Shown: one piece after another, positions 24,657 to 34,910 of the stretch
Layout: the number at the start of each line of letters is the position of its first letter
How positions within the stretch are numbered: the stretch's first letter is position 1
Assembly: GCF_016432865.1 (NCBI RefSeq)
Contig: NC_067400.1
Location: forward strand, 624,402,001-624,466,000
Direction: 5' to 3'
Origin: Antechinus flavipes
Lineage: Eukaryota
Length of the DNA: 64,000 nucleotides
Translations under genes and position numbers: made by a program
Notes under the pieces: model-generated
Told to the model about the DNA's origin: nothing
Database searches by the model: none
Seen by the model: only the letters and a program-made list of their open reading frames with translations

Positions 24657-25421
24657 GTTGGTGGAGTTGTGAACGAATCCAACCATTCTGGAGAGCAATC
24701 TGGAATTATGCCCAAAAAATTATCAAATTGTGCATACCCTTTGATCCAGCAGTGTTTCTATTGGGCTTATATCCCAAAGAAATACTAAAGAAGGGAAAGG
24801 GACCTGTATGTGCCAAAATGTTTGTAGCAGCCCTGTTTGTAGTGGCTAGAAACTGGAAAATGAATGGATGCCATCAATTGGAGAATGGCTGGGTAAATTG
24901 TGGTATATGAATGTTATGGAATATTATTGTTCTGTAAGAAATGACCAGCAGGATGAATACAGAGAGGACTGGCGAGACTTACATGAACTGATGCTAAGTG
25001 AAATGAGCAGAACCAGGAGATCATTATACACTTCGACAACGATGTTGTATGAAGACATATTTTGATGGAAGTGGATTTCTTTGACAAAGAGACCTGAGTT
25101 TCAATTGATAAATGACGGACAAAAGCAGCTACACCCAAAGAAAGAACACTGGGAAACGAATGTAAACTATCTGCATTTTTGTTTTTCTTCCCGGATTATT
25201 TATACCTTCTGAATCCAATTCTCCCTACGCAACAAGAGAACTGTTCGGTTCTGCAAACATATATTGTATCTAGGATATACTGCAACATATCTAACATATA
25301 AAGGACTGCTTGCCATCTAGGGGAGGGGGTGGAGGGAGGGAGGGGGAAAAAAAATCGGAACAGAAACGAGTGTCAATATAATGTAATTATTAAATAAAAA
25401 ATTTTAAAAAAATAAAAAAAA
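24657..25421 (+). mobile_element. Young 5'-truncated L1 (765 bp) with an 18-bp target-site duplication
   Basis: TSD AAGAATAAATGCAGCTTT at 24639-24656 and 25422-25439; ORF2 C-terminal end (GKGPVCAKMFVAALFVVARNWK), G-rich 3' UTR tract and A tail. Confidence 0.93.
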
Positions 25422-27031
25422 AAGAATAAATGCAGCTTTCCTTAAAATGCTAAGTAGCATCTAATCTAAAGCTATCACAGGTATGATCTATGAAGGAGAC
25501 AAACGAGAAGCCTTCCCTATAAAAATGGGGGGGGGGGAAGGAAGGACGCCTCTTATCACCACTTTTATTCAACATTATACTAGTTATGTCAATAAGAGCA
25601 GAAAAACCTGAAGGAATTAGAAAAGGCAACGAGGAAACAAAATTTATCACTGTAGATGACAGGATGCTAAACTTAGAGAATCGACTAAAAACCTAGTTGA
25701 AATGATCAACTTTAGCAAAATTGCAGAAAACAAAATAAGCCACATAAATCGTCAGCATTTCTACATAGTATGAATAAAATCGGATAGCAACAGATAGAAA
25801 GAGAAATTCCATTTAGAATAAGATAAAATATTGGGAATCTACTGCCAAGAGAAACCCAGGAACTACATGAATACAATTATAAAACACTTAGTACTAACAA
25901 AGTCAGACTACACAATGGGGAAAATGTTCATTGCTCATGGGTAGGCCAAACCAATATAAGAAAAATGACAGTACTCCCTACATTAATTAATTATTCATTG
26001 TCATTCCAAGCAAAAAATGAGTCAGAAAAAATAATCACAAAATTCATCTGGAAGAACAAAATGTCAAGAATATCAAGGAAATCAGTGGGAAATAATATGT
26101 AAAGGAAGACAGCATAGCTGAACCGGATCTGAAGTTGTATATAAAGCAATAATCATCAAAGCACTCATGTACTGGCCAAGGAATGGAGCAGGAGATCGGT
26201 AAACTAGATTGGGTATACAATACAGAGTAGTAAATAACCCGAATGATCTGATGTTTGATAAACCCAAAGGTGCACGTTTTCAGGACGAGAAATCACTATT
26301 TGATGAAAAAAAAAAATGCTGGGAAAGCAGTAAGGCAGAAACTAGGCTATAGGCCAATATCTCATACAGCATCCCAAGATAAGGGCAAAATAGACACATG
26401 ATTTGGACATAAAGGCAGTACCAAAAGCAAATTAGGGGAGCATGGAATAGTTTACCTGTCAGGTCCGGGATTAAAGGCAGAATTTAGGAGCAAACGAGAG
26501 TCAGCATTAAGAGATGTCAAATGGATCGCTTCTATTATATTCAATTTAAAAGCTGCTACAAAAACAAAACTGATAAAAGCCAAAATTAAAAGGAAAGCAG
26601 AAGAGTGAGTGGAGAGAGGGGAATTCTTCTAGCAAGTCTCTCTGATAAAGGCCTCATTTCCAAATATGTAGAGAACCGAGTCAAATGTCTCAGAATAAGA
26701 GTCATTCCTCCAGCTGACGAATGGGCACATTTCAGAAGAAAACAATCATCTAGTCATGAAAAAATGCTCTAAATCACAATTGATTACAGAAATGCAAAGG
26801 AAAGCAATTCTGAGGTAACACTTCACACCTGTCACACTGGCTAATATGACAGAAAAGGAAAATGACAAGTGTGGGAGAGGGGGGGGAATCTGGGCACCAG
26901 AGCAGTGTTGGTGGAGTTATGAACTAATGCAACATTTGGTTAATTATGCCTAAAGGACTACAAAATTGTACATACCTGGGTTTATGACCCAGCAACGGGA
27001 CTATTAAGTCTCTATCCAAAGAGATTTTTTA

Positions 27032-27399
27032 NNNNNNNNNNNNNNNNNNNNNNNNNNNNNNNNNNNNNNNNNNNNNNNNNNNNNNNNNNNNNNNNNNNNN
27101 NNNNNNNNNNNNNNNNNNNNNNNNNNNNNNNNNNNNNNNNNNNNNNNNNNNNNNNNNNNNNNNNNNNNNNNNNNNNNNNNNNNNNNNNNNNNNNNNNNNN
27201 NNNNNNNNNNNNNNNNNNNNNNNNNNNNNNNNNNNNNNNNNNNNNNNNNNNNNNNNNNNNNNNNNNNNNNNNNNNNNNNNNNNNNNNNNNNNNNNNNNNN
27301 NNNNNNNNNNNNNNNNNNNNNNNNNNNNNNNNNNNNNNNNNNNNNNNNNNNNNNNNNNNNNNNNNNNNNNNNNNNNNNNNNNNNNNNNNNNNNNNNNNN
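27032..27399. other. Assembly gap (N run)
   Basis: Ns in the sequence. Confidence 1.
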
Positions 27400-27834
27400 C
27401 CAAACTGCAGCAGATCTCTTTGAGGTGGCAAAGAAATGGAAACCGAGGGATTGCCATCCGCCGGTTGGGGAATGACTGAGTGCACTGTGGTACAAGGTTG
27501 CCATAAAGCACTATTGTGGCCCGAGAAATGAGGAGCAAGATGCACTCTGGAAAGCCTTCAGGGCCTGATGCTGAGGGAGGCAGCAGAACCAGGAGGGCCC
27601 CGCTCACAGCAACAGTCACCGCGTGATGGTCGCCGGGGATGACTATTCTCAGCAATAGATGATCCAAGCCCACGCCTGAGGACTCAGAAGGTGCCATTTT
27701 CAAAGAAAGAACAGATCCCAGCACACCTGTTTTTAACTTTATTTTTCTGGGGGTTTTCCCTCTTTTTTGATGTTTTTTCTTTCATGACATGGTTAATGTG
27801 AAAATATGCTTTGTATGACTCGCAAGTGTTATAT

Positions 27835-27837
<3 letters not shown>

Positions 27838-27868
<31 letters not shown>
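27838..27868. repeat. (AC)n microsatellite
   Basis: Direct reading. Confidence 0.95.
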
Positions 27869-27870
<2 letters not shown>

Positions 27871-30097
27871 TATAAAGTTAATTGCCTTCCCAAGGAGGCT
27901 GGGAGAGAGAATTTGGAACTCAAAACGTTTAAAAATGAATGTTTACAATTGTTTTTACAGTAACTGGAAAAATAAAATATTAAAAACAACAACAGCCTTA
28001 CCGAAGGAACAAAAGGGAGATAGTCTAAACTTTGGGGGGAGGGGCGCGGCAGTGGCAGCTGGGAGGATCAGCAAAGGCTGGAGAAAAGAGGCAGCAGCTG
28101 AAAAAAAAGCGGAGCTGGGAAGGAAACCAGGGGTTCTTGAGGGGGGGAGGGAGGAAGGCTGACTGTGTCCTCCTGGGAAAGGATGATCCAGGCTTCCAGC
28201 GGCCCGGGCTTGGGATCTCCTTGAAGGAAGGGCTTCTTTTCTGCCTTTCTTTGCCTCCCAGGTTCTTAGCACAGGGCCTGGCATTCAGTAGGCGTTTAAT
28301 CAGTGTTTATTACGAGAGGAAAGTGAGGCAGCTGATCCTGCCTTGTGGCCGGCTCTCCAGGCTGGAAAGCGTTTTCCTGATTGGAAAGACCGAATCCAAG
28401 CTCCCCGTGGACGGGGGAGGGGGGAGTCAGTTGGGAGGGGTCTTGGTCAGCAGCAATCCAGTCCTTCCCTCACCCTGACGCTATTTTACAGGAAGGCCAA
28501 CTGAGGCCTGGAGGCCAGCTCCCGAGCTCGCAGCTACACCGAGTCTCTCCCCAGTGACTGCAGAGAACGAGCAGAAGCCCCCAAAGCCCCGCGCCCGGGT
28601 TTGCGGTGAGGCAGGGGCAGAATCCAGCCCTGCCCCTCTCCCCTGCTGCCCCCCCCAAGGAAAGGCAGGGAGCGCTCTGGAGGGGGAGGGGAGGACGCAG
28701 AGTCAGCCGGGCAGAGATGGAAGCCGCGCCGTGGCCAAAGGCTCCGTTGGAATGCTGGGCCTTTGTCTTGTCGGAGGGGGGTGGGGAGAGCTCTGGCAGA
28801 TTGGGGAGGGGGCAGCCGGGGGGGGAGGGGGGAGAGGAAGGGGGGCTGGAAGACAGAGTCTTACAGAAATGAACACTGAAAAAATCCTCAGCCTTTTTCC
28901 TTTGTTGCTTATTTAAGCGACCCGCCATTTATTCTGAATTGATCTTTTTCAATCAACAACAATCCACCTTCTCTCCCTTCCACCTCCCCCCCCACCCCGA
29001 AAAAGAAAGAAAAACAGCAAAACCTCAGACAGAAAGGTGGGGGAGGGGAAGAGAGGGAGGGAGGGGGGAAGAAAGGGAGGGCGGGGCAGGAGGGAGGAAC
29101 TTGAGGGGAAGAAAGACCTTCAGGGGGAGAGACAGAAACAGAAAGTGAGGGGAGGAAAGGAGAAAGTAGGGAGCAGGAGGCCCTCCCACTGAGGCCTTCA
29201 GGCCCGGCCCTGGGCGGGAGCGGCTGCCCCTTGCTCCCTGCTCGGCTGCCCGAGCCGCCCTGGGGGCCCCCTGCGCCCTGGTTCAGCCCTCGGACCCCAG
29301 CTGCTGGCCGAAGCCGCCTCTCCTCTAGAACTCTAGGCTCCTCAGCCCGGCTCTTGCCTTCGGGCCCAGAGTGAAGGGCCCACCCTGGGCTGTGTGAGAG
29401 CTAAAGGGGAGGGGCCGTGGTGTTGGGGCCCCTCTGGCTGGGCCCGGGGCGGTCCGGACCTTCACCTTGGGCACTGGGGACCCGCGGGGGAGCCCACCTG
29501 GCTCGGTCCTGTCCGGAGGGGCGTCAGCGGGAGTGCTCCAGCCACAGACAGACAGACAGCAACAAGGGGGCCCACGCAGGGGCGCAGAAGACGGGACCCC
29601 CGCGATTGCCCCAGAGCGGGGGGGGGGGGTCATAGGGCGTTCCCCCTCAGCTCTGATAGGGAGGGGCCGTTCCTCCTTCAGCTTGGAATGAGGGAGAGGG
29701 GCGCCCTTATCTCCAGATGTGGGGTAAGGGAAGAGCGCCCAACGTGCCCGTCTCGGGCCTTCTACCCATGGCTCTGTGCCAGTGACCCACCACAGCTTGG
29801 GGGGGCGGGGTCAGCAAGCCAGAAAGGAAGTTCCCACAGCAAATTAAAACTGCCACAAGTCAGAACGACAAGACGAGCTCCAAAGAGCAAAATCTCCCAG
29901 GACGACATTGCCGCTGCGCCCTTGTTACAAACGGGCTCAAGCCCCCCGGGGGCCACGTTGACTGGAGGGTCTCTGGAGAACTCGGAGCCGCTGGCTTCCA
30001 ATCCCCTCGGCAGGGGCCCCTGGAGCCGGGGCCATCGTGGGCCGCGGTCCCAGGGAGCTGTCGTCCTTCCTGAAAGGCTGTGCTGCTGCTGCTGCTG

Positions 30098-30270
30098 CCC
30101 TCCGAGCCCTCCTCCCCGCTCACCCTCCTCCCCGCTCGCCCTCTGAGCCCTCCTCCCCGCTTGCCCTCCGAGCCCTCTCCCCGCTCGCCCTCCTCCCCGC
30201 TCACCCTCCTCCCCGCTCACCCTCCTCCCCGCTCGCCCTCTGAGCCCTCCTCCCCGCCCGCCCTCTCCCG
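30098..30270. repeat. C-rich minisatellite built from CCCTCCTCCCCGCT(CA/CG) and CCCTCCGAG/CCCTCTGAG modules
   Basis: Direct reading; the G-rich minus strand has many GGG runs. Confidence 0.85.
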
Positions 30271-30876
30271 TATCCCCTCAGGGACATCTCAGACTCCCAG
30301 AGGGGCAGGTTCCCAAGCCCACAGCTAACCACGGATCCTCCCTAACTCCCTCCACCCGCAAAGCTTGTGATGAGCAGGGGAACTGCAGGCCCTGGAAAAC
30401 GCCCCAGGGAACCGGAGTCAGGGGAGTATCGAGAGGCTGTGACCAACTGGGGACCAACAACTACCGCTGGGCGGGGGAACCCAAGAGCCAGAGCCCCTGG
30501 GAGCCCAGACCCCGAACCCCAGGAAGCATGAAGATGCGCCCGGGGGCTCCTCCTCAGCAGCCGCAGCTAGGAAAGACCCAGACGCTTCTCCCACCGGTCC
30601 CTGACACTCAGTGATCCCACCTCTGAAACGGGAGGATTTATAAGTGAGCCGAGATTCAAGAAGAGGCTTGGCCCCGGTGTCCTATGGACCATGGGACCAA
30701 TCTGTCTGCCACGCACAGAGGCACCTTGAGGTGCCGTCCCCTCTGTCTGGGGGTGAGCATCTTAAGGGCCGGAAATGCTTCGCTTACTGCTAAATGAATC
30801 AACAGGAAATGCTACAGGCTTAAAAACAGGAAATACAGAGCTTAGCACAGGGCCTCTCCCAGTAACGAATGCTCGG

Positions 30877-31247
30877 CCATCCATCNNNNNNNNNNNNNNN
30901 NNNNNNNNNNNNNNNNNNNNNNNNNNNNNNNNNNNNNNNNNNNNNNNNNNNNNNNNNNNNNNNNNNNNNNNNNNNNNNNNNNNNNNNNNNNNNNNNNNNN
31001 NNNNNNNNNNNNNNNNNNNNNNNNNNNNNNNNNNNNNNNNNNNNNNNNNNNNNNNNNNNNNNNNNNNNNNNNNNNNNNNNNNNNNNNNNNNNNNNNNNNN
31101 NNNNNNNNNNNNNNNNNNNNNNNNNNNNNNNNNNNNNNNNNNNNNNNNCCATCCTTCCATCCCTTCATCCCTCCATCCCTCCATCCCTTCATCCCTCCAT
31201 CCCTCTATCCCTCCTTCCATCTCTCCATCCCTCCATCTGTCCATCCA
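30877..31247. repeat. (CCAT/CCCT)n tetranucleotide-type repeat spanning an N-gap (30886-31148)
   Basis: CCATCCATC before the gap and CCATCCTTCCATCCCTTCATCCCT.. after it. Confidence 0.85.
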
Positions 31248-34200
31248 TTCGCAGGGAGGGGCTGTTCACCCCTGCCAGGGCCAGGGGACATCAAGCTGGG
31301 GGATGGTTTGTCAAATGCTCGTCACAAGGGACTTCCAGGACTCACAAGAGTTCTGGGGCAGCTGAGCAGGGCATGGGAGGCCGGGCCTGAATCGGGCCCC
31401 ATCGTCCCGAGTCCAAATCTGAGCCCGGACGCTTCCCGGCGGGGTGACCCTGACCGCATTCCCTAACCCTCCTGGCCTCTGCTCCCTTCTCTCTGACATG
31501 AGCTGGAGAAGGAAATGACAAACCAGTCCCATATCTGTGCCGTGAATCCCCAGGGGGGCGTGAAGAGCTGGACGGGCCTGAAAAACGACTGACCCACCCG
31601 AGTGGCCTTTGGGGAGTCGCCGTCCCTGACCGCATTTTGCTCCAAATTAGCCACTTCTCTGTGTATCCGCTTCCCGGGCCCGAAGGCTGATCCCCTCCCC
31701 GCTGTCCCCAAGGGGAGGAAGGCTGGCCCGCCCAGGCCCGTGTGGGCTTCCGCGAGTCCGGCAGGAGCGGGCGTGCAAGCAGGGCGCGGGCTTGGCTTAT
31801 AGCGTGGCGAGGGTCCTGTCCCCGGGTACAGACCAGGAGGACGTTTCTTTGGTTCACCTAAGGAGTGAACAACGCGAACTTGGTATAAATCGAATGGAAC
31901 CGAACTGAAGCGACCCGCTGAGTGCCGGCGTGTGCCACGCTCCGAGGGCCGGTGGTCGGCAGCAGCCACCCAGGAGCCCAAAGAGAAGTCGGGCTTTGCC
32001 CTTCTCCCTGCCCTGCTTCTTGCCTTCCCTTTGGCCCCCATCCTGGCTGACCGTCCGCGCGTCCCTCAGCGTCACGGGCCAGAACCAGGGGCTAAGTCAG
32101 GTCAGCTAGCCTGGTATCTGACGGTCCCTGGTTCAGTCCATGCACTAGCACTTACCAGAGCCCACAAGGTTCACACCTTTCGGAACCTCAGCCAGGACTG
32201 CGTCCGGGAGAGTCAGAAGCCAGAGAAGTAGGCGGGAGCTCTCGGAACCAAGGGGAGAGGGGGCCCCGAGTGACGGAGATGGGACTCGGAAGGAGACACT
32301 AAAGGATTCGGACTTTAACCCCTGGCTGCCCTTGGGCTGATTCCCGAGCTGAAAGGAAGGCTGCTCCCCGAGACCCCCAGGAAACAGAAACAGGGAACGT
32401 CACATTTTGGAGAGAACATCACACCCGTTTCATGATGTCAGAGGTCGGTGGGTCCGCGGCAACACCGGGCTACGTTTCCTTCTAAATAGAGTTTGTCCTT
32501 TTTATGTTTCGAGTGACAGTATCCCAAAGAGCCCGTCTGTCCTTTCTGGCCCCACAATTAGGGAGATTCCAAAGAAAAACAACGGCGGGGGGCTTCGCTG
32601 TCCCCCCCCCCGCGGCATCTGGCGAAACCGGCCCCGCGTTAGCCGTGTCTGAGAACACATGGAAATCCCGACATTTCCGTGTGGCTGGGGACTGTGAAGG
32701 GGGACGACGGACGGGGGGCCTCTTCCCCGCGGAGGCGGCTAGCTCAGGCCGGCCCCAGGAGCTGGTGTCCAGAGTAGTGACCAGCAGCCGCTGCTACGGA
32801 CCCCGGCCTGTGCCCTCCCTTTGGACCGCCCCCTTCCCCCACGCGCGTCATCTCAGCCTCCTTCCCGGCTTCCCCGAGTCCCGCTAAACGTCCCCCTTCT
32901 CTGGGAAGTTTTTCCCGCGTCGTCCCTCCATGGCTTATTATTTCGAACACACCTCGCGGTTGGCACAGCCCGTGCTCCTCGGGAGCCCCGGCGTGATGGG
33001 GGAGATGCCTGCACAAACGCCACGGAGTGAGGGGCGTTAAGGGGGTTCCCCTAAAGCGGGGGATTGGAGCAGGCTCTTAGGCGAGGAAGGGAGACTCTCC
33101 CCTTGAGAAGCAGCCAGGGAGGGAGAATGGAGGCGGGAGACAGGAAGTCTCGTTCAAGAAACAGCCGAGAGCTAGAGACCCTGGGGGGGGGGGGGGGAAG
33201 GAGGGGGGATTATGAAAAATTTGTGTTCCATCCGGGAGAGGGCCCTGAGGGAGGGGGCCGTCCGGCCGCTTTAGAAAGATTGCTTGGAAACGAGACCGGG
33301 CTGACAGACGCTCCTTAGCCCGTCCCCCAAGCAGGAGGCTGCTGGCGGCTGGGGGGAGAAGCGGGCCTGGGCATGGGGGGTGGGGGCAGCCTGTCGGCTG
33401 CGAGCCTCGGGGGCCGCTCCAGAGCACCAGGGCGGAGGGGAGTCTGGGGGAAAACACGGAGTTTGTTCCGGGACACGCTGGGGTTAAGATTTCCCTGGAC
33501 ATCCAGGACACACTGAGGCCGGGGGTCAGGAGAAAGGTCAGCACCGGATCGGGAGCTCACTTCCAGTAAGATGGGGGAGCAGGGGAGAGGAGCCCTGAGG
33601 GGGGCCGGGATGAAGATCCAGCAAAGGGGCGGGGGGGGGACCAGAAGGCCCACGGACGAGAGAGCAGCGAGGGAGAGGGGAACAGAGGCTGCCCGGGGCG
33701 CAAGGGCCAAGGCTGGAGAAGAGGCCCCAGGGTGGGCCGGGGGGAGCTCGCTGGTCGCCTTAGAGCGGGGGCGAGGAGCCCCAGGCCCACGGGCCTACGA
33801 CCCGGCTCCCTCAGCTTCGCCCTCCACGCTGGCCACTGGGGTGGCCCTCGGGCCCGGCTTTAGGAAGGGCAGTTTGGGCTGAAGGGGAAGCCGGAGAAAA
33901 GGAAGTGGAGGCAGAGGCTTCCCCACAGGGACGGGGAGACACGGGCAAAATGGGGGGGGGGCAGGAGGGAGAAGGACGGACCGGGTGGGAGAGTGGGGGG
34001 TGCTGGGTCTGCCTCGGGAGGCTCTGTCTTTCCGAGTTCAGAAAGGGCAGGAGCCGCACAGGCGGGGTGTCCCTGCCGAACACACGAGCGGACACAGGCA
34101 GCCCCGGCCTGGGCGCAGGCGCAGAACTCTGACAGCTTCCACAGCGCCCCCCGCTCCCGCTTCCCAGAGCCACCCTCGGTGCCAGTCTCGCCGCCCCCTT

Positions 34201-34742
34201 TGCCAGCCTGAGGGGTCTGAGGCCGAACACGGAGAGTCGCCTTCCTCAGTATTGCAGGTTATTCCTTGTTTAGAGCCCGGATTTCTTTTTGAAAACTCTG
34301 TCCCGTTCCCGCCCGGCTCTGGTTCTCCAGTCTGTCCCGCAGAGGCTGCCGGCCCAGAGCCCCTCCCCCCGATGTCGGACTCCCCCCGGAGAGTTCTCCC
34401 CCCCCCTTCCTCTCCTTGCTCTGCGGGCGCCGACCCCCACCCAAAAGCTTCTCAACCTCAGGGACCGGGCGCTGATAATTCTGTCCCGTGATCCCCTGTC
34501 GTCTGTCAGACGTAAACATTTAACAACGGGCTCTCCAGGGGAAATAACAGCGATGTACAAAGCCCTTCAAGGCTTGATCTGCGGGTTTCCCTTCCCGCCA
34601 CCTGCGCCTGTCCCCAAACAATCGTAGCACCGGGCTGTCCTTCGTGGGAAACAGGCCCGGAGGGGAGCCCCAGACCCCCTCCCCGCGCTTCTTCCTGGGA
34701 CTCTGGGGAGAGACGCACCCACACCTCTGCAGCGGGAGTCTC

Positions 34743-34748
34743 TTTATT
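34743..34748 (-). terminator. DHDH: DHDH polyadenylation signal
   Basis: TTTATT on +, about 160 nt past the stop codon. Confidence 0.75.
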
Positions 34749-34910
34749 CCGAAACACCTGGGGGGGGGGAGGGGGCGGGCCCGGGCTCCTGGCAAGTGAC
34801 CCCAATTCCCCTGAGGGCTCAGCCCGGGGGAAGCTAGGGCTGGCGTTCTGGACCTCCACCACCGGGGGGCGCCTTGAGCGGCAAGCTGAAGAGGATGCAG
34901 GGGGTGACCG

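Larger units (their letters stand above)
23700..27985 (+). mobile_element. Old, heavily degraded LINE-1 (ORF2 to 3' UTR), interrupted by a younger L1 and an N-gap
   Basis: Collinear ORF2 remnants (GGGATTTATACCAGGAAT, GATGCAGAAAAAGC, GATGACAGGATGCTAAACTTAGAGAA, CTGATAAAGGCCTCATTTCC) with many stops; A-rich end near 27970. Boundaries are approximate. Confidence 0.85.
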
